Assembly (NCBI RefSeq): GCF_026210795.1
Contig: NC_089432.1
Coordinates: forward strand, 248,001-312,000
Direction: 5' to 3'
Length of the DNA: 64,000 bases
From: Rhizophagus irregularis
Taxonomy: Eukaryota
This document shows, one piece after another, positions 52,258-64,000 of this stretch. Below the pieces are notes generated by a model. That model was not told the DNA's origin, ran no database searches, and worked only from the letters and a program-made list of their open reading frames with translations. Made by a program: the position numbers and the translations under genes. Position 1 is the first letter of the stretch, and each line of letters starts with the position of its first letter.

Positions 52258-53214
52258 CTAGTTCGTTTTGAGAGTCTCTAATTTATTTTGAGCATCTAGA
52301 TCTCCTTGTTCAGCCGATTTTTCATACCAATAAATTGCTTGACCCACATTCTTTTCTATTCCATTACCACATTCATACATCAAAGCAAGATTATATAGAG
52401 CAAAATGATTTCCCATATTTATCGCCTTTTGATACAATTTAAAAGCCGTTTGTTTATCAACATCAACTCCAATTCCATCTTCATAACAAATTCCTAAACT
52501 ATTTATCCCATTAGCACTTCCTAAATCCGCTGCCCTTTGATATGATTCAAATGCCTTTTTCTTGTTAACACTAGTTCCAATTCCTTTTTCATAACAATAT
52601 GCTATATTATTTATTCCACGTATATTACCTAAATCTGCTGCTTTTTGAAACAATTCAAATGCAATTTGTTTATTAACATCAGTTCCAACTCCTTTTTCAT
52701 AACAATATCCTAGCAGATTCATTCCACATGAACATTCTTTTTTTGCCAACTTTTTAGTTAATTCAAAAGCTTTTTCATAATCACTTTCAGAACCTTCTCC
52801 ATCAATACACATATTAGCCAGTTCAAACTGAGCTGCTCCATTCTCTAATTCTGCTGCTTTTTGATATAATTCATATGCTTTTGACATGTCAGTGTTAATA
52901 TCAATTCCATGATAATTAAAATATCCAAGCAAAAAAATAGAATTTGAATTATGTTGATTATTATTAATAAGCCAGTTGTAAATCTCTTGTGGGTTTGTCT
53001 TATGTTTATTAACATAATCAAAAACAATTTGTTTTCGTACATTTTCATCCCTTCCTTTATTTAGTTCTTTAAGAATAAGATTAACTACTTCATCAACCAT
53101 AATACTTAAATCCTCTTCAAATATTCTTTCATTAATATTTTGAGTTGTTGGTTCTATTTCTTTTATATTCATTTTATTAAAATAATATAATTCTCTTTCA
53201 GTCTTATCGAACAT
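52258..53214 (-). CDS. Sel1-like repeat protein, 6 SLRs, kinase-less
   Basis: ORF track 52258-53271; ATG at 53214 (MFDKTE) preferred because the upstream part overlaps the conserved upstream motif. Confidence 0.9.
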   Translation of the reverse strand: MFDKTERELYYFNKMNIKEIEPTTQNINERIFEEDLSIMVDEVVNLILKELNKGRDENVRKQIVFDYVNKHKTNPQEIYNWLINNNQHNSNSIFLLGYFNYHGIDINTDMSKAYELYQKAAELENGAAQFELANMCIDGEGSESDYEKAFELTKKLAKKECSCGMNLLGYCYEKGVGTDVNKQIAFELFQKAADLGNIRGINNIAYCYEKGIGTSVNKKKAFESYQRAADLGSANGINSLGICYEDGIGVDVDKQTAFKLYQKAINMGNHFALYNLALMYECGNGIEKNVGQAIYWYEKSAEQGDLDAQNKLETLKTN

Positions 53215-54469
53215 TATGAAAAAAAATTTTGCTGCAGAAAATATAAATAAACCTGTTTCTTCATGATCCACAACATATTTATTTAAGTGTACGATAGTAG
53301 CACAAGAATCGACATACCGTAGATCAAATTTATGATTTCATTAAACTACCGCAGTTTATTGATGATGATAGGGTTGAAATGTTACACAAATTTTGTAAAT
53401 CGGGAAAAAGAGATGATATATACTATATGTCTATATACAAATATTCTATAAAAACAAAAATGAACTGCTAGATGATATCATATATATATGTTGCAAATAA
53501 TAGCTAAGTACTAAATATTACCATGATATTTTTCTTTCAAGGTTCGATTTATTGTAAAATGTTTATGTAATAATAATTCTTATTCTCAAATCTAAAACAT
53601 GCGTGACGGACGTTAATTACATCTTCCAACCTGATTATAATTTTGGTCGTTAATGTCAAAGCAGAATACTCAATACATCAACGCTTGTATCTGAGGAATT
53701 CTTTAAAGCGATTTTTGTAATTTGCGCACAACTTTACCAAATGATGGCCATTTTGAAGTGACCCCAAATGTGACTGGTCATTCAAAATGAGTCATTTCGC
53801 AAATGACAAATGACTTCATGTGACATCATTTGAGTGTCATTTATGTAGGTCATTTAATTCGAATGATTATGTGTAAATCTGCAAAAATAAATTTATACTT
53901 TCTGTCCAACTTCTTAATTCAACATGTTAGCATGAGGAAATATTCCTCTTTTTTATAATAAAAAACAGTTCATTCTTCTTTTAGTAGACTTATATCACAT
54001 TCTTTAAAATAAAATGTCATACATAACATTTTTTAATCCACGTTACAGTTATTGCATTACCAATATGAAAAAAAGACAAAGACAAGAAAGACAAAGAAAA
54101 AAATAATCAAACCAAGATATTGGGTTACTATAAAACATTACAAATATGGGTAAAAAGACACATAATTTTTACATTAATTGATCCATCAAATAAAACAGCC
54201 AATAAAGTTTGTAATTTTTGCATAATACATTTTCCATGGCATCTGTTAATTAGGGTTGGAGTCGACTCGATTCGATTCTGGAACCAATTTTAAATTTAAA
54301 AGAATTTGGATCTCTCGGGCTTAAAAACTGAATTTGAACCGACTTCAAGAACTGACTCAAATTTAGTCATCTGTCAAGATTTTGACGATCAACATATCAA
54401 CTATCATTATCTAAATTTTTTGATCACATGCTCTACTTGACGTAGCTCATATTTTTATTTATTAGAGAT

Positions 54470-54935
54470 GAACACCTCCTCCTGATAACAACTCCCACTC
54501 TACAGTTTCTGACAACTCTTACATCTCTGCCGCAGAATCGATTGTCACTGTTATCTATCCGCCTACCCTGGCGCATGATTATTAAACTTTCTCATCCTAA
54601 AACAATTATGGATCTCCAATGTATAAAATATTCTATACCTGACAGTATTTACGTATAGTATCATTTAATAGTAAAAGAAAAATACGGACTTCTAGTTAAT
54701 TTTTTTGTTTATTTGTTCGCTTCTCTAGTTTAGTTGACTCTAGTGTGGGCGGGTCTCTCTACGGAGAGGTTCTCCACTGGTCCCTTTGTTTCCGCACACC
54801 AGGGTGGCACTGTCTGATTAGGCGATTTAGTTCACAGTTTTTTTTTAAATTACTTTTGGCTTACAAATAGTTCATCCTTGTAATTTGTACCGTGACTTTG
54901 TTCACGTGAAAATAAAAAATAAAAATAAAATAAAA
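54470..54935 (+). mobile_element. Possible 3' end of a non-LTR retrotransposon
   Basis: C-rich degenerate coding-like stretch, GC-rich UTR-like block, then aaaataaaaaataaaaataaaataaaa tail. Confidence 0.35.
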
Positions 54936-55097
54936 TTTTATTTATTAGAACCGAATAGGATCCGATGTGAGAGGATAAAAAAAAAACTAAAAAACAAAAA
55001 ATCGATGTTAAAAATATAAATATAATTAAAGGTAATGGCTTTAAATTACACTTTAGCTTTTTTTTATTTTTTAATTCTAAAGAATAAAAGCATCAAT

Positions 55098-55564
55098 AGG
55101 ACCCCGAGCAATATTGAAATAGGTTATACATGTAGCCGAAACCTCTATGAAGCTGGACAGGGTTTCGGACTTTCAGTAATTTAATTATAATAAATTATTA
55201 AAAACTATCCAGAAATCCATCTGAAACTCCAAAGACTTTATATTATAGTTTCGGCTGGATGTAGAGATTAATTTTTATCATTTATTAACTTAATTTTGAT
55301 TTAAAGACGTGGTCGAAAATCACGTGAAAAGGTTTCGGCTACAAGTATAAAATAGGTAACAAGAAATAACGCGTAGAATAGGCTAAAATAATCATGAAAA
55401 TCTTTCCTTTTTTAGATAAATTTTGATAACGTTGGTAAGAAATATATTACTTTATTTAGTAACTGACTGACATTATCATAATTCCGGCCCTGAAAAAATG
55501 CGTAGAGCTAATAGTAAAATTTTGCCAATTTCCTATGACCTATTTATATATTGTTCGGGGTCCT
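55098..55564. mobile_element. TIR element with 8-bp TSD (hAT-like)
   Basis: aggaccccgagcaatat / atattgttcggggtcct flanked by GCATCAAT at 55090-55097 and 55565-55572. Confidence 0.85.
55129..55345. mobile_element. Tc1/mariner-type MITE nested in the 55098-55564 element
   Basis: TIR catgtagccgaaacct / aggtttcggctacaag with TA flanks. Confidence 0.75.
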
Positions 55565-55803
55565 GCATCAATACTTATTCAAATTTTATGATGTTAAACT
55601 TTTAGATTCTAAAAGTGAAGGAGGTAATTATGATGAATCCTTAACTAAAACTTAATTACCAAAATCAACTACCACCTATTACAAATTATTTATTATGACC
55701 CTTAACAAAAAAAAGATAGGCCATATTTTGAAATCTTACTATTTTGAATGTCAGTTTCAAATGGTTTATCTTTCAATTTTTTTGAAAATCAGGAAATAAA
55801 AGA

Positions 55804-56747
55804 TATGGTCCGGTGCAAAAAGATTTGTACATCACTAAAAAAAGGATAAGATTTGCGCCAAAGAAAAATTTTGTAAAACTAAACATAACGGGCTGAGATT
55901 TATATATTTATTAGTAAATAATTGCCCGAATTTGCTGCTAAAATTTTTTTTATTATATGATACTTTCTTCTTCCTTAAATGAAGTGGCATACCACTAACA
56001 GACAACGAAAAACTAATGATAATAAAGTATGCATAATTATCTTCCAAAGGCTAATTTTACAAAAGAAAGTCATCTGGAGCTTAAATTACGCAAGTAAGTT
56101 GCTGAAACACTAATTGTACCAAGAGTACAGTTGGGAGCATTGCATTAGACTGGAATAAGTACAGTGATTGCACATTTACACCACATAAAACACTTTGGAT
56201 GGCCTAATCCAACTTCAAGCATGAAAAACTGGAAGTCAATATTGTTTTTAAAATGAATTACAAAAACTAGAACTATTGGAGCTGGTTTAAATGCACAAGA
56301 AAATGGTACCATTTTCTTGCATTAAAATAGCAAAACAATATGATCATGAAGTTTTTATATGTCACTTATTACTATGAACTACAGCCAATTGAAGGTGTTT
56401 AAGCAGTTGTAAAAGGTGAAATTGTAAGATCCTAAATTATTGCCTGTTTGAAATATACTTTTAAATGCATTAAAAAATGAAGTTAACTTAAAGATTATAA
56501 TGAATTTTAGAAAAAAGTGCTTAAAATACCAAGGCATATTTTAGTATATTTTGAGGCTAACGAAAATGTCCAATTAATTAATAAAGAATCTAATAATTAT
56601 AGTGAATCCGATGGTGATGCACAATTTGGTGTAATAATGATATTATAATATTTCCGAATATATACTAATAAGATTTATATAAAAAAAAATGAAATTTAAT
56701 TTATTAAAAAATTTTTTATTGCCATTTTTTTTGATGTCCGGACCATA
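55804..56747 (+). mobile_element. Decayed Tc1/mariner-like element
   Basis: Ends tatggtccgg / ccggaccata; internal ttgtaccaagagtacagttgggagcatt (VPRVQ / KSTVGSI) resembles a transposase HTH remnant. Confidence 0.5.
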
Positions 56748-57766
56748 TTATTTGAATTTATTGCCCAGCTTTGAAATTACTAAGTCAGAAGAAGATGAGT
56801 GATCAAATTTTGTATAGCCATTTTTTGTCATACAACAATGAGCTTGATGATTGACGCACATTCTGAGTGCAAAATTTTGTTTGTTATTCATGCAAAGATA
56901 CAATGCTTGTACTTGTGATCAACGTTTTTGCATATAATCATGCATTTTGCATAAATATTATTACCATATATACCCATACTAATAAAGGCATTTATTAATA
57001 ACAAAATATATTCACTTAATCTTTTTTAGTTAAAAAGAAAATAGTAATGGCTCACAGCAATGATAAAGGTAAAAATTATATAGTGAAAACATTAATACAA
57101 TTAGAATTCTAAAATTTTTAAACAAATTTACAAAATAATAAACTAGTTTCCAGTTGTATTGAAGAATTTGAAGAAAGTGACGCTGGAGAATTTGAGGAAA
57201 GTAGCACTGAAGTATTTGAAAGTAGTAGTATTGAGGAAGAATTTGAAAAAAGTACTATTATTGAGGACTTTGAAGAAAGTAGTACCAAGAAATTTAAAGG
57301 TATATGAAATATTAAATTTTTATTTGTAAATAAATTAAATACTATCAATAATAATAACATATGTAATATACATATAAATTTAAACTAATTATTATAAAAA
57401 ATTATATAAAATAATTTAGCTTGTAAGTTAATAAGTTATTTTATAATTGAATAATAATGGAACTACTTATTAATTTGTTATATTCTATGTAACTAAACAA
57501 TTCATTTAATGATTACTAATAATACTATAGTTAGTAAGTTATCAGTTATTTAAATCCTTAGTTTTTACTTTAGATAACTAAATTCTTTGTTTAAATAACT
57601 ATTTAATAAATTGATTACATTACAGATGTTAAGTTACAATATATATTATATTTATTTGTTTAATAATTTATATAACTCAACTAATTATATACTTTATATA
57701 AATAACTAGATTGTAAGTGATACATTTAATTTACAGTAAATACTTTTGTTTTATATTTATATCTAA

Positions 57767-57990
57767 GGCGACACAAAGTGGTAAAAATGGTTTTCATAGT
57801 CGGCCGGGTCAGTTTTGTTAAGTCTTAAAAAAAATTTTTTTATATTATTACTATGCCGGGTGAGAATTTTTTAAAAATTGAAAAAAATTTTGCATATAAA
57901 ATTTTAGAAAAAAAAAATTAAAAGCCGGGTTGCTGGGTTATTGATGAAATTTTTATATTATGAAAACCATAAAATCAAGTTTGTATGGCC
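57767..57990. mobile_element. PIF/Harbinger-like MITE
   Basis: Imperfect TIR ggcgacacaaagtggtaaaaatggttttcata / tatgaaaaccataaaatcaagtttgtatggcc, TAA on both sides. Confidence 0.7.
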
Positions 57991-58369
57991 TAACTATAAA
58001 TTAATAATTAATAATACTTCAGGGTGTAAGTTATATCTATATTTCTATTGAATTCATCAAATAAAAAACTTTTGTTAGATTAAATAAATTTTACATAAAT
58101 AATAACTAATAATAGAAACTTATAACTTATCATCTGAAATAAATTACTATCAAAAAATCCAATTAGTTTAAATTATAAGTAAATATTATAACAATAAAGA
58201 TAATAAATAATTTACATGCTATATTATTTATTAAATAAACGTTTAAAAAATTTAATTTAAAAATCAAATTATATGCAAACATAATTTATACAATAATAGA
58301 AATTAAATAGATAACTTACTTTTCTAAGTTTTCATATAAAAATTAACTTAATTTATATGGAAATGTTAT

Positions 58370-58485
58370 ATATAGGCTGCGGACCTTGCCATTTTATTGG
58401 CGGCTGACGATCATGTGGTGGACAGAGAAACGTGTGCTTATCACAAATTTTCGTATTGCGTAGTCCTTCACTCCAGACAATAAAT
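58370..58485 (-). mobile_element. HINE-like element, partial copy 3
   Basis: tttcgtattgcgtagtccttcactccagacaat matches tttcatattgcgtagacatagtccttcgcttctctccggacaat of copy 2; shared ggacag..aaac core. Confidence 0.5.
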
Positions 58486-59899
58486 ATGTAATAATAAAAT
58501 TAAATAAATAATTTATAATTTACCATCTAAAATAAATTGCCAAATAATGATTTAAAGAAAGAATATAATTAGTTTGAATTATATGAATATTACAGTAAAT
58601 AAATATATAATGGAACTATCCGTTCGTTTAGTAAAATTTGTCAAAATTTTACATATGATCCATTATATTGAAGTTCTGGTATATTGAATTTCACTGTAAT
58701 ATAATCACATACTGTAATTACCATCTATAATATAATTAAATAGTGATTTAAATCATACAGGTGCCATATAGAACTTGGTTAAAAAAATCTGGTTTAACTA
58801 AATTTCAGGTGTTATTAAATAAATAAATAACAAATTTTTTTAAAAATTGTTTTAAAAATGATGTATTTCTGGTAGTTACGTAACGCATGTGGAATAACAG
58901 CATATGTAAAATCTAATAACATTTGTAAGATTGCGTAAAACATAGAAAGTTATTAAGTGCGTGACATAGCAAAATTAAATTAATGCTAAGTCTTTTTAAT
59001 ATCCTGTCAATGTAATGTATTTTATAATAACTGAACATAAAATCTGTTGGGAGTAATTTTTGTTATTTATTATTAGAACGATATTTTGCCAATGGGCATC
59101 AACATAGTATTGACATGATTAAGATTTTACTGCTACTATTAGAGACGGCAAACATGTTTTAACACGTTTTAAAGCATGAAGCATTACTATGTAAAATAAA
59201 ATTTAAGACTTTTACATTTTTCATCAAATAATCTTTTAATCTATCAATTAAATCAATAATGACATTTCCGCAATAATTACACTTTTGACGAGGTGTTTTT
59301 CGACCACGCCCATCAACTTCTGTAACTTTTTCAAAGTGCTTACGGACGTCTTCTGATGGTGTCTTCCACGAGAAATAATTTTAAAAAAGCTGTTTGCAAA
59401 GAGATCACTAAAGGTTGCTTTAAAATACAATAAAGGTTATTTATTGATTAAAATATAATTACACAATAATAATGCCAATCAATGTTTTAAAACAAAAAAA
59501 AAAAACTTTTATTTATTTTTTATTTATTTTATTTCAAAAGAGTAGTAATTATAGTCTATTGCAAATACAAGTATTTAGCGCCCAAGTGCTTAAGAAAACA
59601 GTATGTGTAGATCTTTAACGTTCATCCCATTAAAAACAGGACCTCGTCCTTCGGTCGGAACTATTTGAGAAAATAGGACTACGTCAATTAACCAAATTTT
59701 AAAAAGAAAAAAGAAAAAAAAAACCACGGACATCTTAGTGATCCTACAAAAACAAATAAAAATAAAACAATCCTAAATAAAAGAAGGACCCGTATTTTGC
59801 TATCGACACAAGGTCGCCACTTGTCAATACTATTAGAAGTGGAATGGTTCACACAATGATGTAAATGTTGTAGTGTATAGAATATGGTTACTACTACAT

Positions 59900-61250
59900 G
59901 TGTAATAAAATGTTGTTTGGCTCTGAATTAATTCTCAATTTAAGTAAAAGTAAGATCTTCTCCAACCGAAGAGCCGATAAAAAGGTCGGTTGAAGCACGA
60001 GGTTTCATGTCCAAGTGAGTGATTCTATACGAATCTAAATTGCCGTTATTATCGACATTGCGTTTGTTAGGTCATCTTTCAAGTTCTTTGGTATCGTCCG
60101 ACGTTTCGCCTTTGTTAAATTGTAACGGTAATGTATTTGGTTAGGGTCGATTACTGAAAAATAATCCAGCTTAAATCCGAATCAAGTTCGACTAATTTTG
60201 CAGGGTCGGTAATTTTGTGGAGATAGGAGCTATAGCAAGTCATACGATTATGATAAATGGCTTGATATTGAGTAAGATCACGTCCCATATCTATACGTTG
60301 ATCTACTTTGTTGATGGAAGTACCAAGCAGTCTAGTTTTTCGTTCTGCGGCGTGATCCCGTCGTTCGCCTCTGGTTATTGCACCGTGTTGGTCTCTTCGT
60401 CTACGTAATTCGTCGAACCATTTTTTACTAACTGGTTCTAAAAGATATTTCTTTTTCTGTTTATTATTGCGATAAACGCGACCATTAGCAGGTATAAAAG
60501 GTCTTAAGTCTATAGGGATTTCTAGTTCCTAAGTTAGATATGGTGAAATTTTTCAAATATCTTACGGTAAATATAAAATTTGTCATGATTAAAGAGGAAT
60601 TGGCGTCCATTGGCTTGATATTTAACTGTACAAGTAATACAGGTAATACCAAGTCATTTAGAGAATATAGTCTTTGTAGGTTGTGTCTGCCATCGTTGAT
60701 GAAGTAAGTTGGCATGGGATGTTTTGTTGTTGATGGTGATAGAGGGACGTGTAGATTGGTGTTTGTTCTTTTTTTTCAAAATATTTAAAAACGGTGTAAA
60801 TATTAATTTTTGATGAGTGATGTAAGCGCGTTGGCCATATGACATGATAAAAGGGGACGGTACGGTACAATTACAATGTTTATTAAGCGCATCAGATTGA
60901 TCAGAATATAGTGCGTTACACGGAATAAAAAATTCCAAAGTAAAATCTATAACGTTTGTATGTAAAATTTAAAAAAGTTTTTGATGTTTTGTTGGTGTTT
61001 TTCTTTGTTCAATGATATTGATATGTTCTAATAATTTCGACCGAATCATGTCGTAAACTCGTAATATTTACTTTGTATACGTCGTGGAATCACTAAAAAA
61101 GTGCGTGAGCATTTTACTGATCTGGTATCTCACATTGGGGAATTTACTCGTTGATATTGGGGTAGAATTAATGTGATAATTTTGTGCGTATTTTCAAATG
61201 AATATCATTGGTGTTTTGTCTCGTAGATCCAGATCTAAGGGTTTAGTCAC
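59900..61250 (-). pseudogene. Decayed repeat-associated ORF (possibly retroelement-derived)
   Basis: Strand-biased, GC-richer sequence with interrupted ORFs FFIPCNALY..HANLLHQRWQTQPTKTIFSK*LGIT; identity not established. Confidence 0.35.
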
Positions 61251-62643
61251 GTGAAATTTTTTCAGGGAGTTTTTTTGAGGGAGGAAAAGTGACGGGTTTT
61301 GAGAAAGACATATAATATTGTAAAGAAAGTGTAATAATAGTAAAATTGAATAAAATTTTTAAAAGTGTTTAAAAGATAAAATATTAAGATGCAGGAAAGG
61401 GGAAACTCTTAGACCTTTAAAAGAACAATACAGCCCTATACGGGACGAAGTTTTTTTTTTACACACAAAATAATTTTTTACTACCCTCTAAGAGTCTAAG
61501 ACCTTTACCATACGTAAATACTAGTAGGTATGGATTGACAGAGAGAAGGGTAGACTGTTTATTCGCACTTGTTTTGAGTTCTAAGCGATGTTCAAGTAGT
61601 AACAAAAAGTTTATATAGTTTCTTTACTGCGCCATAATAGTGAAAAAATTTAAAAACGTTTTAACTGATTTAAATTGTTTTAAAACATCTGTTTTAAATC
61701 ACGTGCTATCATTAGCTATTATATCGGAATAGGCCACATGAGGTCACGATCTCAAAGTTTAAGAGCATCCTTAACCTGTACTCCTCAGAATTTGATTGGT
61801 CCACACGATACTTTAAACAAAGAAATTTTGCACGATGCCAAATTTTATTTTCTAATTAATTTTCATCATTTTTACTGTGTAATTTGATACCAAGAACAAT
61901 AACTTTTTAATGATTAAATGTAATGATACGCTATACAATATACATCTTGCTACCATAAACTTAAATACAACCATTCTTATCTAATAAATCAGACCTCCCA
62001 AAACTATCCCCTTATAACTAAGAACTGGCTGAATTATTTTTAAGAAAGAATAAAATAATATATTAAAAATTATTTTCTTCCGGTATAATAAAACAGGTAA
62101 TTACAGTACAGTCTACTCCTTTATAACGTTATAAGAAAATTCGTTAACATAGTATAACTCGGCGGGAAAATTTTGTATATTGTGGTAAATTGTATATAGT
62201 ATTGTATTATGGATAACGCATGTCACCTTTAAGTCAATTAAAATGGAAATTCTTTTTCATGTTCTACTATAATAAAAAATATTGTATACATAAATTAAAA
62301 CTATTATATCCTAGTTTATCTTTGGAGTGAAAACCTTAGGTGGATTTAAAGCTAAAAAATCATTTTTTAAATATCATGTCATGTAACACTAGAGAAGTTA
62401 AATTTTCAATGAAAAATTCTTTCTCGAAATTTCTCTTAGGTTTATTGAATATAATAATAGAATTTCAAAAAAAATAATAAAAATAAAAATAAAAAAAAAT
62501 GCGAAAATACATTTGTTATAAAAATTTAAATTTGTTACTTAATAAATTAAACATGTTATTGATTCAATATTAATGTTCAGCACGTAGTACACTGATAACT
62601 TATTAGTCAAAATCATTTCTAAGAAAAATGCACATTGAAATAA

Positions 62644-63144
62644 TTATGGAATATTCCGAAATACAGCCCACCCACAATATGCGCACGCTAATTCACTATC
62701 ATCATTATCGCGATGACAGCTGTGATAGACTCCTGATGAGACCATAACTTCTGTTCCAGATGGCGGAAGGTTGCGAGGATCATAAGGTATTTGCATGGTA
62801 TGTGGATTGCTTCCAACATACGTACTACTGTTTGTACCATTAAACATATCACTACTATAACCGTTCATGAAGATAGGATCAATGGCGTATATATAATAGG
62901 CATGTTCTAAATCCCAATAATGCGAAGGGGAAATCATGAATTTATCGATGGCCTGGATAGGATCTGGTCCTTGGTAGGTGACGGTAATAACAGGCGCATT
63001 ATTAGAATCAACACTCCATCGAGCATCTGTAAGTCTAGCAGTAGTTTTGCTTGTACAATCCCAGGTTGTTTGTAGAGCGGAAGCTACGTTAAACATAAGA
63101 GATAAGGATATTACGAAAACAAAGTATTTATTTGGCTTTATCAT
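62644..63144 (-). CDS. Small secreted protein, candidate effector (166 aa)
   Basis: Signal-peptide-like N-terminus MIKPNKYFVFVISLSLMFNVASA, 4 Cys, intronless, higher GC than flanks. Confidence 0.8.
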   Translation of the reverse strand: MIKPNKYFVFVISLSLMFNVASALQTTWDCTSKTTARLTDARWSVDSNNAPVITVTYQGPDPIQAIDKFMISPSHYWDLEHAYYIYAIDPIFMNGYSSDMFNGTNSSTYVGSNPHTMQIPYDPRNLPPSGTEVMVSSGVYHSCHRDNDDSELACAYCGWAVFRNIP

Positions 63145-63689
63145 CTTTATGTTATTATTGGGTTTATTAGGTTATAAAATTTTGGGCTTACAATTATATA
63201 TTTATTTATATATTTTTTTTAAGACGATCATTAAAATCTATCACTTCTTAAAATTCTTTCTTATTAATTTAAAATAATAAATACTTTTCGCTATCATCGT
63301 TTCAAAATACGTGAACATGTGAAATATGAAAAGCAAAATTTGTGATTTACAGTTTAGCTCAAGAAAGAATGATTTTTGAAACTCTTTTTAAATTTCATGC
63401 AAAAAAAAAAAAAACTCGTGGTTGGAGCATATTTGAATATATTCATGCATTTTCGAAAAAGGCGAGTCCTAATATACTTTTCTTTCAAAAAATGTGAACA
63501 TGTGAAATATGATTTTTGAAAACTCTCTTTTACTAATTAAAATAAGAATTTTTAAGTAAATTCTTTTTAAAATATACCATATAATTTTCAATTTTAAAAA
63601 ATATACCTTCTTTCATACTGGTTTTTAATTTTTAAAAAATATACCTTCTTCCATACTGGATCGTTGTTGGCGATAAATTAATTAGAAGT

Positions 63690-63900
63690 TTGAAAGGAAA
63701 AAAGGCCGAAATTGAAAAGACCGAAAAGGGATAGATTCCCGACATCCATTATATTTTCCCGACATGACATTATATTTTCCCGACATGACATTTTCCCGAC
63801 ATGACATTTTCCCGACATGACATTTTCCCGACATGACATTTTCCCGAACATGATATTTTCCCGACATGACATTTTCCCGAACATGATATTTTACCGAAAT
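63690..63900. repeat. 16-bp tandem array (ttttcccgacatgaca, about 9 copies), probably MULE subterminal repeats, abutting a transposon-like end
   Basis: Direct inspection; preceded by ccgaaaagggatagattccc; shares the tcccga core with the 11279-11789 element. Confidence 0.8.
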
Positions 63901-64000
63901 CAAATTACAAAAAATGATTCACAAAAATACTTGATTTAACTGTAAAAAAAATAAAAATAAAAATAAATTTTATTTTATGTTTATTATATTCATTTAATTT

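Noticed and set aside
4112..53214. Retroposition or bacterial transfer as the origin of the intronless SLR genes
   Set aside because: The SLR part is a single exon in the kinase-SLR gene too, and upstream motifs are shared, so DNA-level duplication and deletion is simpler.
12007..61705. Scattered CACGTG E-boxes (Pho4/bHLH-like)
   Set aside because: Many lie in transposon relics, with no consistent position relative to genes.
63740..63900. Regular short repeats suggesting a CRISPR array or repeat protein (ORFs 63678, 63682)
   Set aside because: No unique spacers, eukaryotic context; a head-to-tail 16-mer typical of transposon subterminal repeats.

Overview
Very AT-rich, intron-containing eukaryotic DNA. 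Gene-family content points (by inference) to a Glomeromycotina arbuscular mycorrhizal fungus, Rhizophagus-like. The window is dominated by nine Sel1-like-repeat (SLR) loci: seven intact intronless kinase-less genes, one pseudogene, and one 5-exon kinase-SLR gene with a non-RD (HQD) catalytic loop. They share a linker domain and upstream motifs, vary in repeat number (5-8) and look mosaic. At the left edge, a 4-exon gene that I reconstructed by hand joins a bromodomain to a PD-(D/E)XK-like nuclease exon the ORF track missed. Also present: an intact 8-exon TRP-like channel (about 1205 aa), a multi-exon TKL-type kinase, a small secreted Cys protein, and F-box, TLDc and kinase pseudogenes. Intergenic DNA holds many transposon relics (hAT, LINE, Tc1/mariner, PIF/Harbinger and MULE-like MITEs, nested insertions, a Helentron-like HINE family). 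No rRNA, tRNA or CRISPR array was recognised. All calls are by eye, without database searches.
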